Below, one piece after another: positions 11,815-21,802 of a DNA stretch of 64,000 nucleotides. The first letter of the stretch is position 1; each line of letters starts with the position of its first letter. Source of the DNA: an uncultured Acidobacteriota bacterium (GTDB lineage: Bacteria; Acidobacteriota; Thermoanaerobaculia; UBA5066); the NCBI GenBank assembly GCA_963779415.1, contig CAVZYA010000001.1, positions 1,408,001 to 1,472,000 of the forward strand, read 5' to 3'. The notes beneath the pieces were generated by a model. That model had not been told where the DNA came from. It ran no database searches and saw only the letters and a list, made by a program, of their open reading frames with translations. The position numbers and the translations under genes were made by a program.

Positions 11815-11885
11815 GAGTCAGGTCTTGCACCTCTAGTCTGCGCGGTCACGGGCTTTCGCTGCTTCACACGAAAGCAGACCTGAGC
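11815..11885 (-). repeat. 28-bp motif, copy 2, with inverted partial core
   Basis: GAGTCAGGTCTTGCACCTCTAGTCTGCG (11815-11842); GCAGACCTGA at 11874-11883. Confidence 0.8.
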
Positions 11886-11999
11886 GCTGGTCCTTCGCCG
11901 GCGGGCGATGAGAACGAGTCGCAGGCGCCTCTTCGATATGATCCGGCCGGTCCGTCTCCAGCCAGGGATTGAAGCCGTGAACGAACGACCGAGGTCACG

Positions 12000-13016
12000 A
12001 TGAAAACACCGAAGACGAGCTTCCCTCCGGCGACTCTCCTTCTCCTGCTGCCTCTCCTCTTGCCGCTCCGGGCGCTCTCCGACGACGCCCTTGGGACGCT
12101 GACGGTCCTCGGGAAGACGACGATCCTCAAGGAGGTCGCCGCCGCGGAGCAGTCCGACCCGGAGAGCGAGTCCGTCCGGTGGCTCGTCATCCTGGCGTCC
12201 GACCGGAAGGTCGAGGAAGGAGATCGCTCCCCCGCGCGGCTCCTCGACCTCGCGCGAGCCGGCAGGCTGCACGCCGTGAGGATTCTCTGGAAGGTGGGGA
12301 CGGACACCGTGCGCGCCGTGCCGTACGACGCGGCCTTTCCGCAGAGCGGCCGGATGGCGCTCGAGCGTCCGACGATCGACCTGCGCCGATTCGGCAGCGG
12401 GCGGGTCGACGCCGAGTTCCAGTCGAAGATGACCGGTCAGAGCTGGTTCTTCCACGCGAACGTGAAGGCAGCCGTCGCCTCTGGCGGCGTCGCGGAGCTG
12501 GAGCCGGAGGCCGACGAGACCGCCGAGGCTTCCGCGCCCGCCGGAGGCGCGGGCGGAAGCGGCGACACGCCGAAGAAGCTGGCCCTCGGGAAGCTCGGCT
12601 ACGAGTACACCGAGTCGATGTTCGGGCACGCCGTTGCCGACGGAAACCTCGACGCCGTCCGCCTCTTCCTCGAGATCGGGATGTCCCCGAACGCCCGCGA
12701 AAAGGGCGACGCGCACCCGATGCTTCTCGCCGCGCAGCTCTGCACGGACGAGTCCTCTCTCAAGCCCCGATCCGGAGTGCTCGAGGCGCTCGTCGCCGCC
12801 GGCGGAGACGTGAAGGCGAAGGACGACAACGCCTCGACGCCGCTTCTCTGGGCGGTGCAGACCGGCTGCTCGCCAGCCGCGATCCGGGCGCTCCTGAAAG
12901 CCGGCGCCGACCCGAACGCCCGGGCGAAGGCCGGCGCCACGCCCCTGATGTTCGCCGAGATCTTCCAGCGCACGGAGATCGCCGAGATCCTGCGGAGCGC
13001 CGGGGCGAAGAAGTGA
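12000..13016 (+). CDS. Secreted ankyrin-repeat protein
   Basis: Signal peptide; TPLLWAV, LLKAGADPNARAKAGATPLMFA. Confidence 0.85.
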   Translation: MKTPKTSFPPATLLLLLPLLLPLRALSDDALGTLTVLGKTTILKEVAAAEQSDPESESVRWLVILASDRKVEEGDRSPARLLDLARAGRLHAVRILWKVGTDTVRAVPYDAAFPQSGRMALERPTIDLRRFGSGRVDAEFQSKMTGQSWFFHANVKAAVASGGVAELEPEADETAEASAPAGGAGGSGDTPKKLALGKLGYEYTESMFGHAVADGNLDAVRLFLEIGMSPNAREKGDAHPMLLAAQLCTDESSLKPRSGVLEALVAAGGDVKAKDDNASTPLLWAVQTGCSPAAIRALLKAGADPNARAKAGATPLMFAEIFQRTEIAEILRSAGAKK

Positions 13017-13125
13017 GTCGGGGAAGGGCGCGGCCGCGCCAACTTCCAATGAGACTGGGTCTCGTCTTCCTATAAGATTCGCCTCCGGGGCCCGACGTTC
13101 CCGGAAGGAAGGCGATGGGTCTTTC

Positions 13126-14292
13126 GTGACGAGCGCCGCGAGGTTCGACGGGGCGGTCCTCTCCCGCGAGGAGGTGATGCGCTACTCGAGGCACCTCCTT
13201 CTCCCCGAGGTCGGGATGCGGGGGCAGGAACGGCTCAGGAAGGGAAGCGTCCTCCTCGTGGGGGCGGGCGGGCTCGGCTCGCCGGCGGCCCTCTACCTCG
13301 CGGCGGCGGGCGTCGGGCGGATCGGGCTCGTCGACTTCGACGTCGTCGAAGAGTCGAACCTCCAGCGGCAGATCCTCCACGACTCGCGCTGGCTCGGGAA
13401 GCCCAAGCTCGAGAGCGCGGCAGACCGGCTTCGTGCTCTGAACCCGCACGTCGAGGTCGTCCTCTTCCCCGAGCGGCTCACCGCCGGGAACGCCTTCCCG
13501 ATCCTGGACGGCTTCGACGTCGTCCTCGACGGAACCGACAACTTCGCGACCCGTTACCTGACGAACGACGCCTGCTTCCTCGCCGGAAAGCCGAACGTCT
13601 ACGGGTCGATCTTCCGCTTCGAAGGACAGGTCAGCGTCTTCTGGCCGGGGAAGGGGCCGTGCTACCGGTGCCTCTACCCGGAGCCCCCCCCGCCGGGACT
13701 CGTCCCGAGCTGCGCGGAGGGGGGAGTCCTCGGCGTCCTCCCGGGGGTCATCGGCTCGCTGCAGGCCACCGAGGCGATCAAGATCCTCCTCGGCGTCGGG
13801 CGGTCGCTCGCGGGGCGTCTCGTCCTCTATGACGCCCTCGACCTCTCGTTCCGGGAACTGAAGCTGAAGCCCGACCCCGCGTGCCCGCTCTGCGGAGAGA
13901 ACCCGACGATCACGGGGCTCGTCGACTACGACGAGCTCTGCGGCCTCGTCCGCGGGGAGGACGCCGCCCACGAAGGCTCGGAGATCTCCGTCGCCGTCCT
14001 GAAGGAGTGGCTCGACCGCGGAGAGAACGTCCGGATTCTCGACGTCCGCGAGCCCCCCGAGACGGAGATCTGCTCGATCGCGGGGGCGCGCCTGATCCCG
14101 CTGGCGAGCCTCCCGGAGCGGCTCGGCGAGATCGAGCCGGAGGTCCCGCTCGTCGTCTACTGCCACGTGGGCGTCCGGTCGGCCCACGCCGTCCGGTTCC
14201 TGAGATCGGCGGGGCTCGCGAGAACCTACAACCTGAAGGGAGGGATCCTCGCCTGGGCGCGGGAGATCGATCCGTCCCTCGCGACGTACTGA
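13126..14292 (+). CDS. moeB: MoeB/MoeZ-type E1-like adenylyltransferase with rhodanese domain
   Basis: RYSRHLLL, GAGGLG, SNLQRQ, CYRC/CPLC zinc sites, PSCAEGG, YCHVGVRS. Confidence 0.92.
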   Translation: MTSAARFDGAVLSREEVMRYSRHLLLPEVGMRGQERLRKGSVLLVGAGGLGSPAALYLAAAGVGRIGLVDFDVVEESNLQRQILHDSRWLGKPKLESAADRLRALNPHVEVVLFPERLTAGNAFPILDGFDVVLDGTDNFATRYLTNDACFLAGKPNVYGSIFRFEGQVSVFWPGKGPCYRCLYPEPPPPGLVPSCAEGGVLGVLPGVIGSLQATEAIKILLGVGRSLAGRLVLYDALDLSFRELKLKPDPACPLCGENPTITGLVDYDELCGLVRGEDAAHEGSEISVAVLKEWLDRGENVRILDVREPPETEICSIAGARLIPLASLPERLGEIEPEVPLVVYCHVGVRSAHAVRFLRSAGLARTYNLKGGILAWAREIDPSLATY

Positions 14293-14337
14293 CCTGGGCG
14301 GCCACGACAGACGAGTCGCCAGCGGAAGGGAGGAAAC

Positions 14338-15516
14338 ATGAGCGGAGTCAGGGTGCTCGTCGGGACACGCAAGGGCGCGTTCGTCCTGACGTCGGACGGG
14401 AAGCGCAAGCGATGGAAGGTCAGCGGCCCCCACTTCGCCGGCTGGGAGGTCTACCACCTCAAGGGATCGCCGGCCGACCCGGACCGCCTCTACGCGTCGC
14501 AGTCCAGCGGCTGGTTCGGGCAGGTGATCCAGCGCTCCGACGACGGCGGAAAGACGTGGGAGGCGCCCGGAGGCGGCGTTACGAAGTCGCCGGAAGGCTT
14601 CCCCCAAGGCGAGAGCAACAAGTTCGTCTACGACGTCTCGCCAGGCACCGGACGGCCCCTGACGACCCACCAGTTTTACGACGGTACGCAGCACCCCTGG
14701 GAGTTCAAGCGCGTCTGGCACCTCGAGCCCTCGCCCACCGATCCGGAGACGGTCTTTGCCGGAGTCGAGGACGCCGCCCTCTTCCGCTCGGTCAACGGCG
14801 GTCAGACGTGGCAGGAGCTTCCCGGACTCCGCGGCCACGAAACGGGGCCGCGCTGGCAGCCGGGTGCCGGAGGGATGTGCCTGCACACCATCCTTCTCGA
14901 CCCGAGCAACCCCGGGAGGATCTACATTGCCATCTCGGCGGCCGGCGCTTTCCGGACCGACGACGGCGGCATCACCTGGCGGCCGATCAACCGCGGCCTG
15001 AGGTCCGAGCAGATTCCCGATCCGAACGCCGAGGTCGGCCACTGCGTCCACCGGATCGCGATGCACCCCTCGCGCCCGAACGTCCTCTTCATGCAGAAGC
15101 ACTGGGACGTCATGCGGAGTGACGATGCCGGGGAGTCGTGGCGCGAGATCAGCGGAAACCTCCCGACCGACTTCGGCTTCCCGATCGACGTCCACGCGCA
15201 CGAGCCGGAGACGATCTACGTCGTCCCGATCAAGAGCGACTCGGAGCACTATCCGCCCAACGGCAGGCTGCGCGTCTACCGGAGCCGGACGGGGGGAAAC
15301 GAGTGGGAGGCGCTCACGAAAGGGCTGCCGCAGCGGAACTGCTACGTCAACGTGCTGCGTGACGCGATGGCCGTCGACGCGATCGATCCATGCGGCGTCT
15401 ACTTCGGCACGACCGGCGGGCAGGTCTACGCCTCGGCGGACGCCGGCGACAGGTGGAGCCCCATCGTCCGGAATCTTCCGGCGGTCCTCTCGGTCGAGGT
15501 CCAGACGCTGCCATGA
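14338..15516 (+). CDS. BNR/Asp-box beta-propeller protein (sialidase-like fold), cytoplasmic
   Basis: Repeated [32 protein letters not shown]; no signal peptide. Confidence 0.88.
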   Translation: MSGVRVLVGTRKGAFVLTSDGKRKRWKVSGPHFAGWEVYHLKGSPADPDRLYASQSSGWFGQVIQRSDDGGKTWEAPGGGVTKSPEGFPQGESNKFVYDVSPGTGRPLTTHQFYDGTQHPWEFKRVWHLEPSPTDPETVFAGVEDAALFRSVNGGQTWQELPGLRGHETGPRWQPGAGGMCLHTILLDPSNPGRIYIAISAAGAFRTDDGGITWRPINRGLRSEQIPDPNAEVGHCVHRIAMHPSRPNVLFMQKHWDVMRSDDAGESWREISGNLPTDFGFPIDVHAHEPETIYVVPIKSDSEHYPPNGRLRVYRSRTGGNEWEALTKGLPQRNCYVNVLRDAMAVDAIDPCGVYFGTTGGQVYASADAGDRWSPIVRNLPAVLSVEVQTLP

Positions 15517-15809
15517 TCCGGGTCGTCCTCCCGCCACACCTCCGGACGCTCGCGCGCGTCGGCCGCGAGGTGACGCTCGACGTCGAGGGTCCGGCCACGC
15601 CGCGCTCCGTCCTCGACGCCCTCGAGGCCCGCTACCCGATGCTGCGCGGGACGATCCGCGACCACGTCACGCGGGAGCGCCGGGCGTTCGTCCGGTTCTT
15701 CGCCTGCGCCGAGGACCTGTCCCACGAACCGGCGGACGCCCCGCTCCCCGAGGCGGTCACGACCGGCAAGGAGCCCTTCCTCATCGTCGGGGCCATGGCG
15801 GGAGGCTAG
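15513..15809 (+). CDS. MoaD/ThiS ubiquitin-like protein
   Basis: 98 aa ending AMAGG; ATGA overlap with propeller gene. Confidence 0.9.
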   Translation: MIRVVLPPHLRTLARVGREVTLDVEGPATPRSVLDALEARYPMLRGTIRDHVTRERRAFVRFFACAEDLSHEPADAPLPEAVTTGKEPFLIVGAMAGG

Positions 15810-15859
15810 GAAGTCTCGCCCGGACGGGAGACGAAAATCTGCGCCGCTAGAATCCGGGC

Positions 15860-16624
15860 GTGAGCGTCCGCTACGAGATCGAGGGGGCGGTCGCGGTCGT
15901 CACGATCGACCGGCCGGAATCGAAGAACGCCGTCGACGGCCCGACGGCCGCCGAGCTGGCCGAGGCGTTCCGGCGGTTCGAGGGGGAGGAGGCGGCCGCC
16001 GTGGCGGTCCTGACGGGGGCCGGCGGAACGTTCTGCGCGGGGGCCGACCTGAAAGCCCTCGGGACGGCCCGGGGGAACCGGCTCGAGACCGACGGTGACG
16101 GCCCGATGGGCCCGACGCGCCTTTCGCTCACGAAGCCCGTCATCGCGGCAATCGAAGGCTTCGCGGTGGCGGGAGGGCTGGAGCTGGCGCTCTGGTGCGA
16201 CCTCCGCGTGGCCGCGCGCGACGCCGTCCTCGGGGTCTTCTGCCGGCGCTTCGGCGTCCCTCTCGTCGACGGCGGGACCGTGCGGCTTCCGCGCCTCGTC
16301 GGCATGAGCCACGCCCTCGACCTGATCCTGACCGGGCGCCCGGTCTCGGGAGACGAAGCCCTCCGCATGGGACTCGTCAACCGGCTCGTCGAGCCCGGCC
16401 GGGCGCTTGCGGCGGCCGTCGCCGAAGCACAGGCGCTCGCGCGCCTGCCGCAGCGCTGCCTTCGGTCGGACCGGCTGTCGGCCTACGAGCAGTGGAATCT
16501 GGCGCTCCCCGCCGCCCTCGAGAACGAGCTGCGGAGGGGAGAAGAGGTCCTTTCTTCGGGCGAATCTGCCGCGGGGGCGGCCCGATTCGCCTCCGGCGCC
16601 GGTCGTCACGGCGAGCCCGAGTAG
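15860..16624 (+). CDS. Enoyl-CoA hydratase/crotonase family
   Basis: FCAGADL, KPVIAAIEGFAVAGGLELALWCDLR. Confidence 0.93.
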   Translation: MSVRYEIEGAVAVVTIDRPESKNAVDGPTAAELAEAFRRFEGEEAAAVAVLTGAGGTFCAGADLKALGTARGNRLETDGDGPMGPTRLSLTKPVIAAIEGFAVAGGLELALWCDLRVAARDAVLGVFCRRFGVPLVDGGTVRLPRLVGMSHALDLILTGRPVSGDEALRMGLVNRLVEPGRALAAAVAEAQALARLPQRCLRSDRLSAYEQWNLALPAALENELRRGEEVLSSGESAAGAARFASGAGRHGEPE

Positions 16625-16655
16625 CCCGCGAGCCGAGATCGGGCTCTCGTGCCGC

Positions 16656-17666
16656 TTACTGCATCAAGCGCCTGACTCCGGCGCAGATCCGCTCTCTGTT
16701 GGGGAGGCACTCGGTCTCCAGACGACGCGCGTACGGGATGGTCGTCTGCGTGCAGACCCGGGCATACCGGAAGGAGACCCCGGCCTCGAGGACCGCGGCG
16801 GCCACCTCCCCGGAGAGACCGAAGCCTTCGTAATCCTCGTCGACCACCAGCAGACGCCCGGTCCGCGCCACCGCTTCGCAGACGGTCCCCTTGTCGAGTG
16901 GAGCCACCGTCCGCAGGTCGATCACGCCGGCCGCAATTCCCTCCGCCTCGACCACCCGCGCCGCCTCCACGGCGCGGTGCACGCCGACCCCGACGCTGAC
17001 GATGGTCACGTCACTCCCCGACCGGCGAAACGCGGCCTTTCCGATCGGGAGAGGCTCCCATTCGTCCGGCACGTCGCTTCGGGTTCCCCCGGAGGGGACG
17101 TCGAACTCGACCGTGCGCCGCCCTCCCGAGCCGAGAAACTCGAGCCACATCTCGGACAGCAGCTTGTGCTCGAGAAAGACGGTCGGCCCGTCGTGCCGGA
17201 GCGCGGCCAGCATCAGCCCGCCCGCGTCGGCCGGCGTCGACGGCACCAGGACCGTCAGCCCCGGGATGTGCGCCAGCCAGCCCCACAGCGACTGTCCGTG
17301 CTGCCCTCCGTCGCCGTAGCCGCCGCCGCACCCAGCGCGCACCACGACCGGAGCGTTCCACCGGCCCCCGGTGAACGCCTCCACCTTGGCCGCGTGGTTG
17401 AGAAGCGCGTCCATGCACACTCCCAGAAAATCCACCATGTAGATCTCGACGACCGGGCGCAGTCCGGACATCGCCGCCGCCACGCCGGCCCCCAGAAGAG
17501 CGCTCTCGCTGATGGGAGCACCCCGGACGCGCCCGGGACCGAACCGCACGAGGAGGTTTCGGCGCAGAAGGGGGATGTCCTCGCCCAGGAGGACGACGCG
17601 AGGGTCCTCGGCCATCGCATGGGCCAGCGCGTCGTCGATCGCTTCCGTGAATGACATCTCCCTCAT
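16656..17666 (-). CDS. 2-oxoacid/acetoin dehydrogenase E1 beta subunit
   Basis: VVLLGEDI, APISE, GLRPVVEI, IDLRTVAPLD. Confidence 0.9.
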   Translation of the reverse strand: MREMSFTEAIDDALAHAMAEDPRVVLLGEDIPLLRRNLLVRFGPGRVRGAPISESALLGAGVAAAMSGLRPVVEIYMVDFLGVCMDALLNHAAKVEAFTGGRWNAPVVVRAGCGGGYGDGGQHGQSLWGWLAHIPGLTVLVPSTPADAGGLMLAALRHDGPTVFLEHKLLSEMWLEFLGSGGRRTVEFDVPSGGTRSDVPDEWEPLPIGKAAFRRSGSDVTIVSVGVGVHRAVEAARVVEAEGIAAGVIDLRTVAPLDKGTVCEAVARTGRLLVVDEDYEGFGLSGEVAAAVLEAGVSFRYARVCTQTTIPYARRLETECLPNRERICAGVRRLMQ

Positions 17667-18691
17667 GACGCCACCGGCTCCAAGGCCGCCTCGAGCGCGT
17701 CTCCCGCCTCCCTCTCGATCCTGCGTTCCAGCTCCTGCAGGCGGAGCGGGGCCGACTCCAGGTGCGCCCGCGCCCGCCGAAGCGGGTCGCTCGCCGGCTC
17801 GCGGCGCGGATCGCGCAGCGTCGAGATCACGGCCGCGAGAACCGTCCTGAGCCCCGCAAGGCGCTCTCGCACGGCCGCCCCGCCCGGACGCAGGATCGAG
17901 CGCGTGAGCGCGCCCGCGACGGCCGGCATCTCCCGGACCGGATCGCGCACCATTCGGATCAGCTGATAACCAAGGAAGTGGCCTTCGAAATGAATGCACC
18001 GCGCGTGAAGGAACGCCGGGCCCTGACCGGAGCGCGCGCGCTCGAGCGCCGCGTACGCCGCTTCCCACACCTCGGAGACGTCGCCCCCGTCGATCTCCGA
18101 GAAGGCGAGGCCAAGTCCGCGCGCCCGTTCGCCGAAAGACCCGCCGGTGACGCTCTCGGATCGTGTCGTGATGGCCCATCCGTCGTCCTTGCAGACGAAC
18201 AGCACGGGCAGGCGCCAGGCGGACGCGAGGTTCATCGACTCCATCAACATCCCCTGGTTCATGGCGCCATCTCCAAAGAAGGCGATGGCGACCGCGCCGG
18301 GGCGAAGGGACTCGGCGGACAGCGCGAAGCCGACGGCAGTCGGCCCCGCGGCGCCGACGATTCCCGAAGAGGCCGCGAGGTGCTGCCGCGAAAAGAGGTG
18401 CATGTGTCCGCCCCGGCCGCCGCAGAGACCTCGCGGGTAGCCGAGCAGCTCCCGAAGGATCAGGACGGGATCGACGCCGCGCATGAGCAGGGCCGCGGTG
18501 CCGCGGTGATCCAGCGCCATGGCGTCGCCGTCGCGTAACTGGCTCACGACCCCCGCGATGGTCGCCTCTTCGCCCGTTCCGAGATGCATCTCGCCGGAGA
18601 TCAATCCGTCATGCCAGAGCCGGGCAACGGCCTCCTCGACCACGCGGCTCCTGAGCATCAGGGGATAGAGGGACCAGAGGTCCGCCGGCAT
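17663..18691 (-). CDS. 2-oxoacid/acetoin dehydrogenase E1 alpha subunit
   Basis: HLGTGEEA, GRGGHMH, TPP motif FFGDGA; GAGGAG RBS before ATG 18691. Confidence 0.9.
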   Translation of the reverse strand: MPADLWSLYPLMLRSRVVEEAVARLWHDGLISGEMHLGTGEEATIAGVVSQLRDGDAMALDHRGTAALLMRGVDPVLILRELLGYPRGLCGGRGGHMHLFSRQHLAASSGIVGAAGPTAVGFALSAESLRPGAVAIAFFGDGAMNQGMLMESMNLASAWRLPVLFVCKDDGWAITTRSESVTGGSFGERARGLGLAFSEIDGGDVSEVWEAAYAALERARSGQGPAFLHARCIHFEGHFLGYQLIRMVRDPVREMPAVAGALTRSILRPGGAAVRERLAGLRTVLAAVISTLRDPRREPASDPLRRARAHLESAPLRLQELERRIEREAGDALEAALEPVAS

Positions 18692-18735
18692 GATCTCCTC
18701 CCCGAGTCGTCCCCGGAAGAGGATATCGCCTTCTG

Positions 18736-18990
18736 GCAAGGCCGCCCGAGGCGTGGACAAGTATCTGATGTACGGGGAGACGTATCTGCCATGACCGACC
18801 CGTCCTGGTCTCGCGGAAGGAAGAGCCATAAGAGATGGGCCGCACCGCGGACCGCCGGCGCCTGCAGAACCTCGAAGGCGAAGAAGACCTCAAGGACACC
18901 CGTTCCGCGCGCGTCGAGATGAAACGGAAGGGAACGGTCTCCTGGGAGAAGGTCAAGGCGGACCTGGGACTGAAGTAGCCCGTGGCGGCC
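18736..18990 (+). pseudogene. Relic: gltD 3' end, intergenic spacer, internally deleted antitoxin and first codons of toxin
   Basis: 18736-18842 aligns with 7890-7997; 18844-18990 aligns with 8122-8268. Confidence 0.9.
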
Positions 18991-19000
18991 GGAGTCAGCG

Positions 19001-19028
19001 AGCAGACTACAGGTACAAGACCTGACCC
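19001..19028 (+). repeat. 28-bp motif, copy 3
   Basis: AGCAGACTACAGGTACAAGACCTGACCC. Confidence 0.85.
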
Positions 19029-19475
19029 TCTTACCCCGTGAGGTCACGGCGCCCACAACGCACATCCAAGACGTGGACCCTCCACGAAAGTCGCGGTCGG
19101 CCGGGAATCGAGCAGGGGCCGCCCTCCTCCTGATGCATATGCATTCTTAAGAGCCGCCTGATCTGGCCAAGGAATTGCACTTGCCGGTCGGAGCAGAGAG
19201 GAAAAGCACGAGAAGTGTCGTGTTGTGGCCCGGGCACGTCTGAGGAGGCGACAGTTTTTGCCGGTGAAAGAAATCTTTCGTGCCTGCAGGCTACTCGCGG
19301 AGTGTTCAGTGAGGATGGCCTCTCCGCGCATTTCCCGACTGCGACCTGTGTGGTAAATGGCGGGCATCGGATTGAAAGCGTTTCGAAGGATCACATTGCT
19401 CGAATTCATGCTTCCGTTACTGCGACCGCAAACCATCGCATGGCGATCGTCCGATAGGAATCTTCTGGAGGCACG

Positions 19476-21713
19476 ATGAAAATCTTATGCAGAAACGCCC
19501 TTCTCGCTGCATGCATCGTCCCGGTGGCCTCTATGATGCTCTCCCACGAAGGTGACGCCGCATGTCCCTCCTTTCTGAGCGGGAAGTACTTCTCGGCCGG
19601 CACAAACCCGAACGGGGGGGTCTATCCCCAAGCGGTGGCCGTCGGAGATTTCAACGAAGACGGGAAACTGGACGTTATCGTCGCAAACGACTATACGAAC
19701 GAGTTCGCGCTCCTGCTGGGTGATGGTACCGGCGGGTTCGCCCCGCCTGTCCTCTTCTCCACGACTTTGCATCCGCAATCGATCCTCGTCGCGGATTTTA
19801 ATCGTGATGGACACCTGGATGTTGCAATTGCGAGCAATTTCATCAGTGTCGTCTCTATTCACCTTGGTACTGGACAGGGAGGCTTCGGCTCAGCAGCGAA
19901 CTTCGCGGTGTCCGGACCCTCGAAGTCATTGGTCGCAGCAGACCTGAACGGCGACGGACTTTCAGACCTCGCCGTCGTGGGTTCCAGCAGTTTCGTATCG
20001 ATTCTTCTGGGGAATGGTCTCGGAGGTTTCGCACCCCAAGTGAACATTCCGGTGGCAGGTTCCTCCCGGATTCTCGCCGCCGATTTCAACGGCGATCAGA
20101 AGGTCGATCTCGCCCTCCTCTCGGGTGTGGGTGGTTCTCCAGGGTGGATCTACATCCTGACGGGGAATGGCTCAGGGGGCTTTTCGGTGACCGGATCGTT
20201 CTCAGTACTCTATGCCCCCACTGATATGACCATCGCAGACTTCGATGGGAATGGGACGCTGGACATCGTCGTTACATATCGGAGCGAGCCGTATTCCATC
20301 GGACTCTGGCTCGGAGACGGTGCGGGAACGTTCTCGTACGGCGGACAGTATCTCCTTGAGAGCGGAACCGGCATGCCTTTTTCCGTGACAGTCGCCAACC
20401 TGAACGGAGACACGCTTCCGGACGTGCTTGTCGGCTCATTCACGTATACATCGACGACTGACGGTATCACTTCCGCCACGTATCTGACGTCGTTTCTCGG
20501 TAACGCAGCCGGCAGATTCAGTATGAACTCGATCGGAACCGAAGGCGGACCTGCCCCGTGGACGTCTGGCTACCCATACGGAATCGCGGCCGGGGACTTT
20601 AATCAGGACGGCAAGACGGATGCGGTCCTCACCGATCTTGGTAGGGGTATCTGGGTGTTCCTGAACGACACGACACCTTACCCCTGCCAGGCCTTCCCGG
20701 TTCCGGCGGGCATTGCCGAGGATGCGTATGCGAGCGAGGACACGTCGTCTGACATGAACTCCGTCCTGGAACCGGGTGAAACCGTACTGCTCACGACGCG
20801 ATGGAAAAATGTCTTCGCGGGCCCAGTCTCACTGACGGGCACCGCCTCGAACTTCGGCGGCCCGGCCGGAGCTGTGTACACGCTACTGGATGCGACGGCT
20901 GGGTATGGCACGATTCCCCCCGGCGGCTACGGCGATAGTCACCGTTTCGGCCCCTCATACCGGGTGTCCGTCTCGAATCCACCGATCCGCCCAGCCCATC
21001 ACTGGGATGTAACACTCGACGAGACGATCTCCGCAGGTCTCTTGAAGACCTGGACGCTTCACGTCGGCAAGAGCTTCACCGACGTGCCCGTCTCCGACGG
21101 CAGCTATTGCTTCGTCGAGATCCTCCTCCACAACCTGATCACTGCCGGCTGCGGCGGCGGCAACTACTGCCCTGCCAGTGCCGTCACCCGCTGGCAGATG
21201 GCCGTCTTCCTCGCCACCGCCATGGTCGGTCCAACCGGAACCGTTCCCACAACCGGAACCGTTCCCAATGTCGGCGGCTACAACTGCACGCCGGGCGGTG
21301 TCTCCCTCTTCTACGACGTCCCGCCGACGGACGGCGGCTGTAAGTTCATCCATTACATTTATGCCCAGGGGATCACGGGCGGCTGTGGCGACGGGAACTA
21401 CTGCCCTGCCTCAAACATCACCCGCTGGCAAATGGCCGTCTTCCTCACCATGGCCATGGTCGGTCCGGCTGGTTTCGTGCCGACGAGTGGGACTGTCCCG
21501 AACGTTGGCTCCTACAACTGCGACTCGGGCGGCATCTCCCTCTTCGGCGACATCCCACCGACGGACTGGGGTTGCAAGTACATCCACTACATCTACGCGG
21601 GTGGCGTGACCGCCGGCTGCGGCGGCGGCAACTACTGCCCCGCAAGCAACGTCACCCGCTGGCAGATGGCGCCGTTCCTCGTCACCGCCTTCCAGATCCC
21701 TCTTCTTTACTGA
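19476..21713 (+). CDS. Secreted FG-GAP/VCBS repeat protein with C-terminal SLH-like repeats
   Basis: GDFNEDGKLD-type repeats; three copies of CGxGNYCPASxxTRWQMA; GGAGG RBS. Confidence 0.9.
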   Translation: MKILCRNALLAACIVPVASMMLSHEGDAACPSFLSGKYFSAGTNPNGGVYPQAVAVGDFNEDGKLDVIVANDYTNEFALLLGDGTGGFAPPVLFSTTLHPQSILVADFNRDGHLDVAIASNFISVVSIHLGTGQGGFGSAANFAVSGPSKSLVAADLNGDGLSDLAVVGSSSFVSILLGNGLGGFAPQVNIPVAGSSRILAADFNGDQKVDLALLSGVGGSPGWIYILTGNGSGGFSVTGSFSVLYAPTDMTIADFDGNGTLDIVVTYRSEPYSIGLWLGDGAGTFSYGGQYLLESGTGMPFSVTVANLNGDTLPDVLVGSFTYTSTTDGITSATYLTSFLGNAAGRFSMNSIGTEGGPAPWTSGYPYGIAAGDFNQDGKTDAVLTDLGRGIWVFLNDTTPYPCQAFPVPAGIAEDAYASEDTSSDMNSVLEPGETVLLTTRWKNVFAGPVSLTGTASNFGGPAGAVYTLLDATAGYGTIPPGGYGDSHRFGPSYRVSVSNPPIRPAHHWDVTLDETISAGLLKTWTLHVGKSFTDVPVSDGSYCFVEILLHNLITAGCGGGNYCPASAVTRWQMAVFLATAMVGPTGTVPTTGTVPNVGGYNCTPGGVSLFYDVPPTDGGCKFIHYIYAQGITGGCGDGNYCPASNITRWQMAVFLTMAMVGPAGFVPTSGTVPNVGSYNCDSGGISLFGDIPPTDWGCKYIHYIYAGGVTAGCGGGNYCPASNVTRWQMAPFLVTAFQIPLLY

Positions 21714-21740
21714 AAGGTGTACTGGAGGAGAGGAGAGGTC

Positions 21741-21771
21741 CGTATAATTGGGGTCCGACCCCTATTGTACG
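21741..21771. repeat. REP-like palindrome containing GGGGTC/GACCCC
   Basis: CGTATAATTGGGGTC-C-GACCCCTATTGTACG, 13/15 arm match, between convergent genes. Confidence 0.7.
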
Positions 21772-21802
21772 AGTAGCCGGCCCGTCCGATCGGCGGCCGG
21801 GA

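Noticed and set aside
21060-21700. DGR template/variable repeats
   Set aside because: In-frame protein domain repeats; differences are not adenine-specific and no reverse transcriptase is present
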